Positions 26,649-36,006 of a DNA stretch of 64,000 nt are shown here, one piece after another (position 1 is the stretch's first letter; each line of letters starts with the position of its first letter). The DNA is taken from assembly GCA_034420475.1 (NCBI GenBank), contig DAOULH010000025.1:1593-65592 (forward strand), in the 5' to 3' direction. A program made the position numbers and the translations under genes. The DNA comes from Dehalococcoidia bacterium (GTDB taxonomy: Bacteria > Chloroflexota > Dehalococcoidia > Lucifugimonadales > UBA3495). Below the pieces are notes generated by a model. The model was not told the DNA's origin. It saw only the letters and a list, made by a program, of their open reading frames with translations, and did no database searches.

Positions 26649-26764
26649 TAGATCACCTTCAGGTGGCGGCGCGGGCGGCTCGTTGTCGTCGCGGACCGCC
26701 AGGCAGTTACGATGTGCTGAGCCGTGGGATGCGATGGGGTGAGGGGAGGAGGCCGGAATCCGCT

Positions 26765-26855
26765 CGCGCGTTGCTCGTATGTCGGGCGGATTGTAGCACC
26801 AGCCGCTTGTCACATACAGTGCCGCCGGCGGGTATGGAGGGTGGAAGTTGTGGTG
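26765..26855. repeat. ~90-bp direct repeat, copy 1 (contains TGCTACAAT on the minus strand at 26790-26798)
   Basis: About 80% identical to 28362-28452. The shared core is GCGGATTGTAGCACCAGCCG. Confidence 0.75.
26790..26798 (-). promoter_or_regulatory. extended -10 promoter candidate (TGnTACAAT) for the DISARM-like operon
   Basis: Minus strand reads TGCTACAAT about 140 nt upstream of the GTG at 26648. The same box recurs in repeat copy 2, and TGnTATAAT boxes flank dnaN/alaX. Confidence 0.45.
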
Positions 26856-27035
26856 GAGCTTACCGGTTGGTGTTCACCGTGATTGACCTGGAGGTCGATG
26901 TGCTGGGGAACTTATCCCTCGCGTACCCTGCCGTCGTCGCCTTCTGTGGCGCTAGGCACGGTCCACTTTGGGAAGTCTGTGCCGCCGCCCTTGCTGCCTT
27001 GGATGCGCCGTTCGCCGGCCGTCTGGGCGGGGTCA

Positions 27036-27053
27036 CAGGACATATATGTCCTG
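27036..27053. promoter_or_regulatory. perfect 18-bp palindrome CAGGACATATATGTCCTG
   Basis: Read directly. Lies in a 600-nt stretch with no convincing ORF. Confidence 0.4.
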
Positions 27054-27459
27054 GTCTCTCGCGTCGGGTGTGCTGATCGTTTGGTGAGTGCGGGCGCTTG
27101 TCCAGATTGGGCGAGTTAGCGAACCGCCGCGTGGATATCGGTCGTGTCGCGAGCCGGGCTAACGGCGGCGACAAGATACCTGGCCCCGGTTGCTTCGCAA
27201 CTGGTCTGCTGTGACCGCATCGGTCTCGTCGATGCGCTGGCCGGCTACTTAGCAGCGATCCATTCTCGGACTGTTTTCGTGACTGCGTGGGGTATTCGGT
27301 GCGTTTCGGGTTCAGCTTGAGCAACAAGCCCAGAGGGTTACGGTGCGCGAAGAAAGCTGGGCCATTAGGTGGTGCTCGGGCTCAGCATGGGCCGATGGTG
27401 CCTACGGGTCCGAGGCGGAAAAGACCATGAAACGGATCAGATGAACTGGCCGCCACGGT

Positions 27460-27885
27460 TTAGAACCACCATTGGTGTTCGCGTTGCCGTCTCGCTCTGG
27501 ATTGCCTAGCTTTCTTGCTCGCTGTGGTTTTCGCCACGGCGTCGAATTTGCTCTGTGGAATGGCCTTGGATGGCGGGGCCTGTGTCTGAGGTACGCCGAT
27601 GGACTTGAACTTGGTTCGGAACTGGCGGTCCGTGGTGGCGCCTTTACGCGTGTTACATGAGCGGCAGAGCAGTTGGAGGTTGCGTTTCTGGTCGGAACCG
27701 CCTTTGGCCACCGGGTTCTTGTGGTCGATGTCCATCAAGTCGATGCCGGGTTTGCGGCCGCAGTACATACACTTGCCCGCTTGCTTTTTGTGCAACTCGC
27801 GCTTCAACGAAGCTGGGAATGTCTTTCGGCTGCGCCGCGGCTCTTCATCGTAGAAAAGCATTTGCTTGCTCCTGCTTGGCGTCAT
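27460..27885 (-). CDS. HNH endonuclease, 141 aa
   Basis: CMYCGRKPG...DIDHKNPVAKGGSD...NLQLLCRSCNTRKG is a canonical HNH/His-Me motif with two CxxC pairs. Confidence 0.8.
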   Translation of the reverse strand: MTPSRSKQMLFYDEEPRRSRKTFPASLKRELHKKQAGKCMYCGRKPGIDLMDIDHKNPVAKGGSDQKRNLQLLCRSCNTRKGATTDRQFRTKFKSIGVPQTQAPPSKAIPQSKFDAVAKTTASKKARQSRARRQREHQWWF

Positions 27886-28079
27886 CGCGTGTCAGTTGAT
27901 CTTCGGCGCCGATGTTTGTGCTTGCCGATTTGGCTTTGATTCACTTGCCAAACATAATCTTTGGATTTGCAGGTGCTCCACGCAGCGTGGGCGTGACTGC
28001 CACTAAACGGAAGAGCCAGCTTGCGCTGGAAGTGAGCCCCAGTGGCCCGCGTCAACCATTCTTGCCGATTTATCGTCGA

Positions 28080-28365
28080 TTAGTTTTGCCGGTTCACTTC
28101 CTCGGCCGCAGCAGTCTCACCGCGTTGCTGCGCTGCGTGAGTCTGGTAGCTGGGGACGTCGAATTCCAGGATGACGACGTGGTGGACGACCCGGTCGATG
28201 GCAGCGGCGGTGGCCATGTGGTTGGCGGTTATGCGCTCCCCCTCGGAGAGGGCCAGGTTGGACGTGATCCCCAGAGACCTGCGTTCGGCGACGAGGGTTA
28301 AGAGGACCTCGTACTCCTCGTTGCCTTGGGGCAGGTAGCCCAGGTCGTCTAGTAGGCAGACTGCT
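28080..28365 (-). pseudogene. istB: 5'-truncated IS21-family istB (ATP-binding helper) remnant
   Basis: The minus frame reads LLDDLGYLP (Walker B region) ...ITSNLALSE...AAAIDRVVHHVVILEFDVPSYQ. It has no start and no Walker A, and abuts repeat copy 2. Confidence 0.7.
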
Positions 28366-28452
28366 CACGCGCTGGTCGTATGTGGCGCGGATTGTAGCAC
28401 CAGCCGTTGGTCCAATACAGTAGCACCGGAGGGTAATGTGGGTGGAATTCGT
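28362..28452. repeat. ~90-bp direct repeat, copy 2
   Basis: Matches 26765-26855, including TGCTACAAT (minus strand, 28392-28400). Confidence 0.75.
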
Positions 28453-29252
28453 GCCAAGGCGTTGGGACGGTGCGATAGGTCGTGGAATGAAGAGAATGGC
28501 AATGACGGATTGGTGTTAGATCATTACAGGCAACCTCTCGTGGGGACCGACTGTGCCGCGGTAATTGCGTAAGGAAGTTTGGTTGTGGCTGGGGCGGCGT
28601 GTACCGTCATGTATGTGATAACTGAGATATGCCGGTACTATTGGTGTCGGTGGCGGGTTATGACTATGTAGGCGCGCTTCCGGGCGCCAGGTGTACGAAA
28701 ATATCCTGCGCATCATCTTGATCGGCATCGCGGGCTCGAAAAAAGCCGCGGGCAAGCACCTTGCACGGCCGTTGTTGGTTCGAACTGCTAGCTGGACGAG
28801 TTCGACCCAAAAGGCAGTTTTTGCGTGGTGGTTACCCAAGGTGATCCGACTTTTGCGCTTGGGGTCTCGATCGACTGTGAAGTCGTTGATTTGCTGGGCG
28901 AGAAGAGCGCTTAGGTTTGCTGCGCTGGCATTCTTCGGCACAGCCTATGCACGATCCAGTTGCTTTGGGCTGCTGGATTGGGTTTCGTTGCCATGGTTCG
29001 ACGGGTTGGTCTTTACGAACATTAATTGGCGTCGGCCCTCGGTGGCGACCAATTCTGCCTTGGCTGGAAACGGCGGTGGGTTTTTACCGTTCGATTGGGT
29101 CGGCTATGATGCGGGCAGCGGTTCGAGGAGTAAAATGCGTGTATGTCGTGGCACTCGCCATGCCATTGATGCGTTTGGTCCGCTGTCGTCGCTATACTAT
29201 GTTTTTGCTCTGTCGCTCAACTTTGCTGCGTCTTCGCCAGGTGCTGTGGCGT

Positions 29253-31862
29253 ATGATGGGATCGCTCACAGAAACCGATCTTCCATCCAGTCGGGATGCT
29301 CTGTCGGCGTTGTCTTTAGCGGCGGCGGTCGTGATCGCTGGGATTGTTCCAATATGGCTGGTCCAGATGGAGCCCATCGGTGGATTAGATAGGTCGGGTG
29401 GGTCTGCCGCATTACTCGGTGGTGTGCTGGGTGCCCAGGCTGCCATAGCGGCGCTGACGCTTGCCGTCACGCTTTTTGTGATGCAGGGAGTCAGCAATAG
29501 GAGAGATGCCGACGACAGGGTTTACGCTGAGTACGTTCGCCGGTCGTGGGTGCGTCCCATCTTCTGGGTCAGCATAGGTGCCGTTGCCACTACCGGTGCC
29601 GTGTTGACCGCGGTGGAGTTGGTCAGTGTATCTGAAACCACAGCTGCGATTGCACCTGGGATGCCCAATCTTGCCTTGATAGCTGTGGTTTGTTTAGCGG
29701 TGAATCTGGTTGCTGCCCTTTCGCTCTTCGAGCGGGCGATTAGGCTCGCGGAGCCGGAGCATTGGCGACGGCTACGACTGGATGTGAACAAGCGTGATGT
29801 TCGTGAGGCGGTGCGCGTGTTTCTGGGTCGGGCCGAACGTGCAGCCACGTCGCAGGCGAACAGTGAGGCTGACTTGAGCACCTGGTTTCCCGATCTGGGT
29901 GAGGGATCTGCGGATGAGGCGGTCCGAGCGTTGTTGGATGACGCTCGGAGGGCAATGGATGAACGTAGGCACGGAGAGGTTCAGCGAACGTTGAGTTCAA
30001 TTCAAGAACTTGTCTCGTACGCGGTTGACGAAATGGACAAAACCGGTGTGGTATGGGGCGTTCATGGGTCTCGAGCTGAGTGGCCACCGCTGCGGGAATT
30101 GGGTAGGAATCTGTTCTCATTCAGAGAGGAGGTGATCCGCACGGACAACCGGGAGTTCTTGGACGAGTTGCTGAAGCTGGATCTGTGGCTGGTACGTACG
30201 GGGTTCAGGCGATCTATCGGGGAATTGGTCACGGCTGGTCTCGATGGTTACAGGTGGAACTACCGGATAGGGACTCGGATCGGTAGTCCAGATACCCAGA
30301 GGGTCCTTCGCGATGGCGTGTTACCTCATTTACTCATACTAACTCTCGTTGGCGAAACCGAGGAGTTGTTGTCGTTCTTAGTCGCGGTGGTACGACACGT
30401 AAGCAACGTGTTGTCTGATGCGTTGCATTCTGATCGCGGCGATGACTTTCGATGGGTGCAACGGGAGTTCGGAAGGATATTGTCCGACATCCTCGAATAT
30501 AATGGCAGATATGATTCACCTTTTGGGAGAGAATCGGAAATGTCCGAGGGCGTAGCCCAGGAATACCGCATCGCGTTGATGGGGTTGGGCGGACGCGCAG
30601 TGCTTCTTGCAGAGTCGGGTGAACTATCTGACGCCGAACCATATTTGGACGCTGCGCGTGCTGTGTATGGAGACTCTGAATGTCTCGCTGGCGACATTTC
30701 GGCCGCTCTCGCTATGGAGCGATCTGATGCACACTCTCAGTGGCAGGATTGGGAAGTTCCAGAGCATATTGGCTCTTGGTCTGGCATGGTGTCGGCGGAT
30801 CGCTACCCGCTGACGTGTTTTGCTGTGCTGCTGATGGAGCGTACCTACGACGCGTCTCTGGCCCTAAATTTGCGTGGAGATGCAAGGCACACCTTGGATT
30901 GGTTCAACGCGAACTCTGAGCGGCTGGAACGGTTTGTCGTCGAAACTCCATCGGCCAGTGCTGAGCAGCGACGTCAATTCTCGACCGAAGTCCTGGAGAA
31001 GGCAGCCCGCCGCGATGAAGTGGAAGAGGACCTCGAAATTATCGGTCGGCCGCTCAGCACTGAGAAACTAAACAATTTGCGGTCTGGGGTTCAGGCTGGT
31101 TGGATTAGATCTGGTGTCGTGGAGAGGTTGTTTGATGAGGCGAAAGCGGTTCTGCGCGTTGATGGTGATGGGGTCCTGGCGCCCAACGAGCGAAGCATTC
31201 AGGATTGGTTTGGCAAAGGTCATTTTGTCGACGCGAAAGACTATGACCGCATCGGTTACTCGGCTGTCGGCGGGGAATTATGGGGCCAAGGGTTGTCTCG
31301 GGACGCTGTGCCACTTTTGTGGGAAGCGCTGGCGGGCGCTCCACGTATGTTGGCACCTTTGGATTCCGCTGAATCGCTTTTCCAAGCGATTGAAAGTGCT
31401 GCAAGCGACCTCGGTGTAGACAGCAATTTAGCTGTTGTGTTGGGAGGAAACATGGCCGGTCTCTTACACCACGCCCGAGTGGGTCTGGTGGAGGGATATG
31501 AGCCATTGAGGCGGTCGCCGGACTCGGATCCGTCAGTGGAGTTAGCCCGTTATCACGGTTACCCAATTCTGCGAGGACCGGAGAGTGGCAAACCTGAGGC
31601 TTGCGTCGTCGACGTGGGCACATGGGGAAACTACGTTCGCGCGCCGTTCGACGATGGAGAGGAATTACGCGTCGACGTCGAAGTAATCTCCCAGGAGCAG
31701 GCGCGCGAAATTTTGGATGGAAACCCCGACTATGGGGCCGACCAACTGGACGATGAGTCCCGGGTGCGGAAGATTCAGACTATGGTGTTGGTGAAAGTCG
31801 GCGTCCGACATGGTTTCCGGGTTGTTGATCCCACGCGAGCGCGAACCATCGTGTCCGAATAA
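29253..31862 (+). CDS. large membrane protein of unknown function (about 869 aa, four predicted TM helices then a ~680-aa soluble region)
   Basis: Hydrophobic segments: ALSLAAAVVIAGIVPIWLV, ALLGGVLGAQAAIAALTLAVTLFV, IFWVSIGAVATTGAVLTAV, LALIAVVCLAVNLVAALSLF. No P-loop or nuclease motif seen. The frame is open from 28917, so the start is uncertain. Confidence 0.6.
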   Translation: MMGSLTETDLPSSRDALSALSLAAAVVIAGIVPIWLVQMEPIGGLDRSGGSAALLGGVLGAQAAIAALTLAVTLFVMQGVSNRRDADDRVYAEYVRRSWVRPIFWVSIGAVATTGAVLTAVELVSVSETTAAIAPGMPNLALIAVVCLAVNLVAALSLFERAIRLAEPEHWRRLRLDVNKRDVREAVRVFLGRAERAATSQANSEADLSTWFPDLGEGSADEAVRALLDDARRAMDERRHGEVQRTLSSIQELVSYAVDEMDKTGVVWGVHGSRAEWPPLRELGRNLFSFREEVIRTDNREFLDELLKLDLWLVRTGFRRSIGELVTAGLDGYRWNYRIGTRIGSPDTQRVLRDGVLPHLLILTLVGETEELLSFLVAVVRHVSNVLSDALHSDRGDDFRWVQREFGRILSDILEYNGRYDSPFGRESEMSEGVAQEYRIALMGLGGRAVLLAESGELSDAEPYLDAARAVYGDSECLAGDISAALAMERSDAHSQWQDWEVPEHIGSWSGMVSADRYPLTCFAVLLMERTYDASLALNLRGDARHTLDWFNANSERLERFVVETPSASAEQRRQFSTEVLEKAARRDEVEEDLEIIGRPLSTEKLNNLRSGVQAGWIRSGVVERLFDEAKAVLRVDGDGVLAPNERSIQDWFGKGHFVDAKDYDRIGYSAVGGELWGQGLSRDAVPLLWEALAGAPRMLAPLDSAESLFQAIESAASDLGVDSNLAVVLGGNMAGLLHHARVGLVEGYEPLRRSPDSDPSVELARYHGYPILRGPESGKPEACVVDVGTWGNYVRAPFDDGEELRVDVEVISQEQAREILDGNPDYGADQLDDESRVRKIQTMVLVKVGVRHGFRVVDPTRARTIVSE

Positions 31863-32385
31863 ATGGTTCCCGATTTGCAGGCGTCAATTCGGCATTCGTC
31901 GCCGATTCTGGGGGCGTGCCGCTGGAGGCCAGTCGTTGGTCGTTATGCTGGTGGGTGATTACGCGAATGCTATCAGAACTCGTGGGTGTTTCTGTCTTGG
32001 GAGCGTGGTCCTCGTTGACCCGATCCGGGCAGTCTGCGGTGCTGATTTCGCAGAAACGGCACTCTTGCGAGCTGGGAGCGTGGCTCGGGGGCCTGTCCGC
32101 AGCCGGGTGTCGGATCAGGGATGAGAGGTGCTCGACGAACGTGGTGGGTTATACGATCTCGCCGGATATCTAGGCGTCGCGGTACTGGTGCTAGCAGCAA
32201 TCGTCAGGCATTTTGCTGCTCTGACTCGAGGTCGTTTCCGAGGGAAATGTCCACAGCCTTCCGGGATGCGTCCTGGTAGATTGTTCGGAGCGCCGGAATG
32301 GGTTCGAGCTCGCTCTGCCAGAATGGGAAACGGCCCAATTGCTGGGGCAGGGCAGTATGCAATCCGGGTGCCGGGATGGCGCCGT

Positions 32386-33039
32386 TCAGAAATCGCTGGT
32401 CCGTTCTTGGGAAACCTCGTTGGGTTGGTCGACGCGTTCGGGACAATCGGCCGCCGTGATGTCGCAGAAGCGACACTCCTGGAAGCTGGGCGTCGGCTTC
32501 GGCGGGTCAGGGGCGGCGAGGCGGCGGATGGTCGAGCCGAGTTGGTTGATGAACTGACCGGTCAGGGCGCCCCTGGGCACGCGGGCGATGCGGGAGGGAT
32601 AGACGACCTCGCCGGACAGCCTGGCGTGACGGAAGTGCTCTGGAATGGCCTTTGGGAGGGCGTACTGGTAGATCTGGAGTTGGACTGTGTGCCAGGGCTG
32701 TTCCTGGCCGGTTTTGACGTCGATGATGAGGGCGTCGTTGCCGCGGTCGACGATGAGGTCGGGCCGGCCGGCGAGAGTGGCGGTGCGGCCACGGAGCTGG
32801 AAGCTGTTCTGGGCTTCGACGTAAACGTCGCAGCCGCGTTCTTGCCACTCGGCTTTGGTCTGATTCAACAGTGCGGTGTGGTCCAGCAGCCACTGGGATT
32901 GGTCAAAGTCGCGGGGCGGCCTGTTCCAGTGCTGGTAGTGGGCTTTGAACCAGATGGCCCACTCACAGGACCGTTCGCCGGTGAGGAGGCGGGGCAGCCA
33001 GGTGGCCCAGATGTAGGGGTGTTCGCGTTGTTGGGGCAC
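32386..33039 (-). CDS. Cas4/RecB-like PD-(D/E)xK nuclease with Fe-S-type cysteines, not linked to any CRISPR
   Basis: GRPDLIV...ALIIDVKTG...QLQIYQYAL (D, DxK, QxxxY). One N-terminal Cys (ERSCEW) plus C-terminal CRFCDITAADC. Confidence 0.75.
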   Translation of the reverse strand: MPQQREHPYIWATWLPRLLTGERSCEWAIWFKAHYQHWNRPPRDFDQSQWLLDHTALLNQTKAEWQERGCDVYVEAQNSFQLRGRTATLAGRPDLIVDRGNDALIIDVKTGQEQPWHTVQLQIYQYALPKAIPEHFRHARLSGEVVYPSRIARVPRGALTGQFINQLGSTIRRLAAPDPPKPTPSFQECRFCDITAADCPERVDQPNEVSQERTSDF

Positions 33040-33132
33040 TGCACGGCTCCGGTAGGGGGAGTAGCCGTGGTCGGCTCCATTGGATGATATGTGCTGAAGA
33101 TTCAGGCGGGCAATGGCCGGCTGTCATCAAAT

Positions 33133-34257
33133 TCAAATTGAGTGAGAGTCGGCGTCCTGCGGGCTCAGGCTGACGGTGCGGTCTGGGTTGATGACCAGGG
33201 TGTCTCGGTCTGCTTCCTTATAGAGTGCGGTAATCAGGGCGCCGTCGGTGACCTCGAACCGTTTGCGGATATGCTCTTGCAATTCGGTGATTGGAAGGGG
33301 GTGCGGTGATTGTTCAAGGAGGTGGAAAACCTCGTCTGAGAGGGTGAGGCGTAGGCCACGTTGATTGCCGGGATCGGAGTGGCCTACTGGCCATGATGAA
33401 AGGCCGTACTTGCTGGGGCCGACCCATTTGAAGTCTGGTTTGTTCTGGAGGGTACCCAGGACTTGCCACCAGGTGATTGGTCGTTCGAAGCCGTCGTCTC
33501 TGGCGATTTGGTTGGCGATCTGTAACGTCTCTTTGACGGTGAGACAACGGTTGGCGTGTTCCAGGGCCTTGGCGGTGTAATGAACGGTGAAGTGAGGGTC
33601 TGAGGCGAGGCGGATATCCCAGCCCATTACCGGGTGATACCGGCCGGTTGCCTGTAGGGGAACGATTGTGGTCATGGCCTGGATGTGCAGGGCGAGGTTG
33701 AGTTTGGGCCACTGGGTGAATGCATCGTGCCAGTGGGTCAAGTGTCGGCGGATGTGATGGGGAGTAGCGCCGTTGCGGTGTTGGCCGGCGATCTGGCGCG
33801 CGTCGCGGGCCAGACGACGTAGGGATGGCCGTGGTTGCGCTGGTTTGGGCATGGCGTCGAGAATCGCCAGGCCCCAGGATTCTTCATTGGAGTGGATGGC
33901 GCCGATATTGGTGAGTTGCCGGATTACGGCGGACTGTTGTTTGGGGCTAAGCCTGATCCGCTGTAGCGCGAGCTCAAGGCCGGCCATGTTGGTTATTTCA
34001 TCCGCGTTGACGATGGCTGCGCAAACGGGATTCCGTGTGTCCCGGCGGGCCTGGTCGAGTAGTCGTGTCAACCCTTGGTTAGCAACCTGGCGGGCGCGTT
34101 CCCGGGTGATGCCGTGATGTTGGGCGATTTCGACAAGGGACTGGCGGTCGTGGAGTGATGCGTGCACGATGTCTCTTTGGTTCTGAGTCAGATTGGTCTG
34201 CGCGTCGTACCAGGCGGTAACGAACTGGTCGAGGTCGGCAAAGATTCTGTGGTCCAT
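33133..34257 (-). CDS. sigma-70 region 4-like HTH protein with HARE-HTH-like winged helix, paralog 1 (374 aa)
   Basis: LTQNQRDIVHASLHDRQSLVEIAQHHGITRERARQVANQGLTRL is region-4-like. DFKWVGPSKYGLSSW is HARE-HTH-like. The start is taken at the conserved MDHRIF, and the upstream part of the ORF overlaps a terminator. Confidence 0.7.
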   Translation of the reverse strand: MDHRIFADLDQFVTAWYDAQTNLTQNQRDIVHASLHDRQSLVEIAQHHGITRERARQVANQGLTRLLDQARRDTRNPVCAAIVNADEITNMAGLELALQRIRLSPKQQSAVIRQLTNIGAIHSNEESWGLAILDAMPKPAQPRPSLRRLARDARQIAGQHRNGATPHHIRRHLTHWHDAFTQWPKLNLALHIQAMTTIVPLQATGRYHPVMGWDIRLASDPHFTVHYTAKALEHANRCLTVKETLQIANQIARDDGFERPITWWQVLGTLQNKPDFKWVGPSKYGLSSWPVGHSDPGNQRGLRLTLSDEVFHLLEQSPHPLPITELQEHIRKRFEVTDGALITALYKEADRDTLVINPDRTVSLSPQDADSHSI

Positions 34258-34324
34258 GGTTCGACGGTATCCGTGATTTGGGAATCCGGTTGGCGGAAAT
34301 AGAGTGGTTTGGGGTTTGGGCAAC

Positions 34325-34347
34325 AAAAAAGCCGCCTGTGGGCGGCT
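34325..34347 (-). terminator. rho-independent terminator after paralog 2
   Basis: Minus strand reads AGCCGCCCACAGGCGGCT followed by TTTTTTG. Confidence 0.7.
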
Positions 34348-34397
34348 CCGTTGGATGATATGCGCTGAAGACTCAGCCGGGCAATGGCCGGCTGTCA

Positions 34398-35522
34398 TCA
34401 AATGGAGTGAGGGTCGGCGTCCTGCGGCTTCAGGCTGACCGTGCGGTCCGGGTGGATGGTGAACCGCTGTCCGCCGCGCTTTCCTGCCAAAGCGTAGTAA
34501 ACCGCACCGGGGGTGACGTTGAATCGTCCGAGGATATGTTGCTGGATGTCGTCGTACGCAACCGGTTCAGTTGACTTGAGGAGCAGGTAAACGATCTCCT
34601 GGGTGATCTGGGTTCGCTCGGAGGTGGGTTGGCTGTCGGAGGAATGGCCGACGTCCCATGATTTGAGCCCGTAGGTGCTGGGCCCGGCCCATTTGTAGCC
34701 CTGGTGGGTGTGGATGGTCCCGGCGACCTGCACGTTGGTGTAGGTGCGGTCGATGCCGTCGAGTCGGGCTAAGCGGTTGGCGGATTGAACGATTTCCGGG
34801 ATGGTGAGAGGTTGGCCGGCTTTGTCCAGGGCCCGGCTGATGTAGTGTTTGGTGAAGATCGGGTCGTTCTTGATGGGTATGGTCCAACCTTTTATGGGGT
34901 GGAAGGCGCCGGTCTTTGGATCGGTAGCGGTGCCGGTCATGGCCTTGATGTGGAGAGCGATGTTGAATCTGGGCCACTGGGCGATGGTGTCGTGCCATTG
35001 GGTGAGGTGAGCACGGAGGTGACGGGGGGTAATGCCGCGGTGGTGGGTTCCGGCTACTTGGCGTGCATCATGGGCGAGGCGACGGAGGGATGGGCGCGGG
35101 CGTCTGGGTTTGTGCATGGTGTCCAGGATCACCAGGGCCCAGGAAGTTTGGTCGGGCGAGATGGCTCCGATGTTGGTGAGCTGCTGGATGACGGTTTCTG
35201 ATGCCTTGCCGGAAAGGCTGCGTGGCCGTAGTGCGATCTCTAGTCCTGCCCTATCGGCTATCTTTTCGGCTTTGGCAACAGCGATGCGTACGGGATTGCG
35301 GGGGTCCTTGCGAGCCTCGCGGAGCAGGCGTCTGGCTCCTTTCTCGGCGATCTGTCGCACGTATTCGCGGGTGATGCCGTATCGTTGAGCGATTTCGGCC
35401 AACGTCTGTCGGTCGTGCAGTGATGCGTGGACGATGTCCCTTTGCATCTGAGTGAGATTGGCCTGTGCCTCGTACCAGGCGGTGACGAACTGGTCGAGGT
35501 CGGGAAAGATTCTGGAGTCCAT
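34398..35522 (-). CDS. sigma-70 region 4-like HTH protein with HARE-HTH-like winged helix, paralog 2 (374 aa)
   Basis: Collinear with paralog 1 from MDSRIF to the shared C-terminus RTVSLKPQDADPHSI. Same length. Confidence 0.7.
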   Translation of the reverse strand: MDSRIFPDLDQFVTAWYEAQANLTQMQRDIVHASLHDRQTLAEIAQRYGITREYVRQIAEKGARRLLREARKDPRNPVRIAVAKAEKIADRAGLEIALRPRSLSGKASETVIQQLTNIGAISPDQTSWALVILDTMHKPRRPRPSLRRLAHDARQVAGTHHRGITPRHLRAHLTQWHDTIAQWPRFNIALHIKAMTGTATDPKTGAFHPIKGWTIPIKNDPIFTKHYISRALDKAGQPLTIPEIVQSANRLARLDGIDRTYTNVQVAGTIHTHQGYKWAGPSTYGLKSWDVGHSSDSQPTSERTQITQEIVYLLLKSTEPVAYDDIQQHILGRFNVTPGAVYYALAGKRGGQRFTIHPDRTVSLKPQDADPHSI

Positions 35523-35670
35523 GGTTCGATGGTATCCGGGTTGTGGAAATGGGGTTGCGAATGAATCGTTGTCAAGGAAGTGGTTGTCGGTGGAGGCGCC
35601 GGGAGGGGTCGATGCGGTATGGGTTCCGGTGTCGGGATGACACGAGAAGAGGCCGACGGTTGGAGGCATC

Positions 35671-35694
35671 AAAAAAAGCCGCACTTGGCGGCTT
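35671..35694 (-). terminator. terminator vestige upstream of paralog 2
   Basis: Minus strand reads AAGCCGCCAAGTGCGGCTT followed by TTTTTT. Resembles the 34325-34347 terminator and its flank (GGATG). Confidence 0.5.
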
Positions 35695-35900
35695 GGATGT
35701 GGTTCCCGGTAGCGGGAGTCGATTTCAGGGTTTCCCTGAATCGGAGACTGTGAGCGTGGCGGAGGTCGAGGAACCCGGTGTTGGGGTTAGGTTGGAAACC
35801 TGAGAGGTGGTGGTGAACGCGGTTTCGCGTTTGGGTTTAGGCGGTGTAAAACGTGTCAAAAATTGCCACGTATTCAGAAGGAAATACGTCATTATTGGCG

Positions 35901-35929
35901 TTGACAAGGCGTCAAGGCTCCAGTAGGAT
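35901..35929 (+). promoter_or_regulatory. sigma-70-type promoter candidate (TTGACA-17 nt-TAGGAT) overlapping a TTGACnnnnnGTCAA palindrome
   Basis: Read directly. About 75 nt upstream of the ATG at 36007. A second small inverted repeat ACGTATT...AATACGT lies just upstream. Confidence 0.5.
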
Positions 35930-36006
35930 ACGCGCAGTAGAAAAGCCCGGGGGTAGCCGGAAAGTCGGGCCCTGGGCTTCCAGAACGACGGAGGCTACTC
36001 GGAGAG

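Noticed and set aside
28516-28941. 141-aa minus-strand ORF and 233-aa plus-strand ORF in the lower-GC gap before the membrane protein gene
   Set aside because: Composition and product sequences look non-coding, and there is no SD. The region is more likely a promoter or insertion-scar region.
33084-33135. UGAUGA...CUGA (box C/D or k-turn-like) and hammerhead-like CUGAUGA resemblance in the 3' elements after the paralog genes and in repeats A/B
   Set aside because: Only the short GATGA string is shared. It overlaps the stop codon context, the hammerhead core (CUGAUGA...GAAA) is not complete, and there is no support beyond two duplicated copies.
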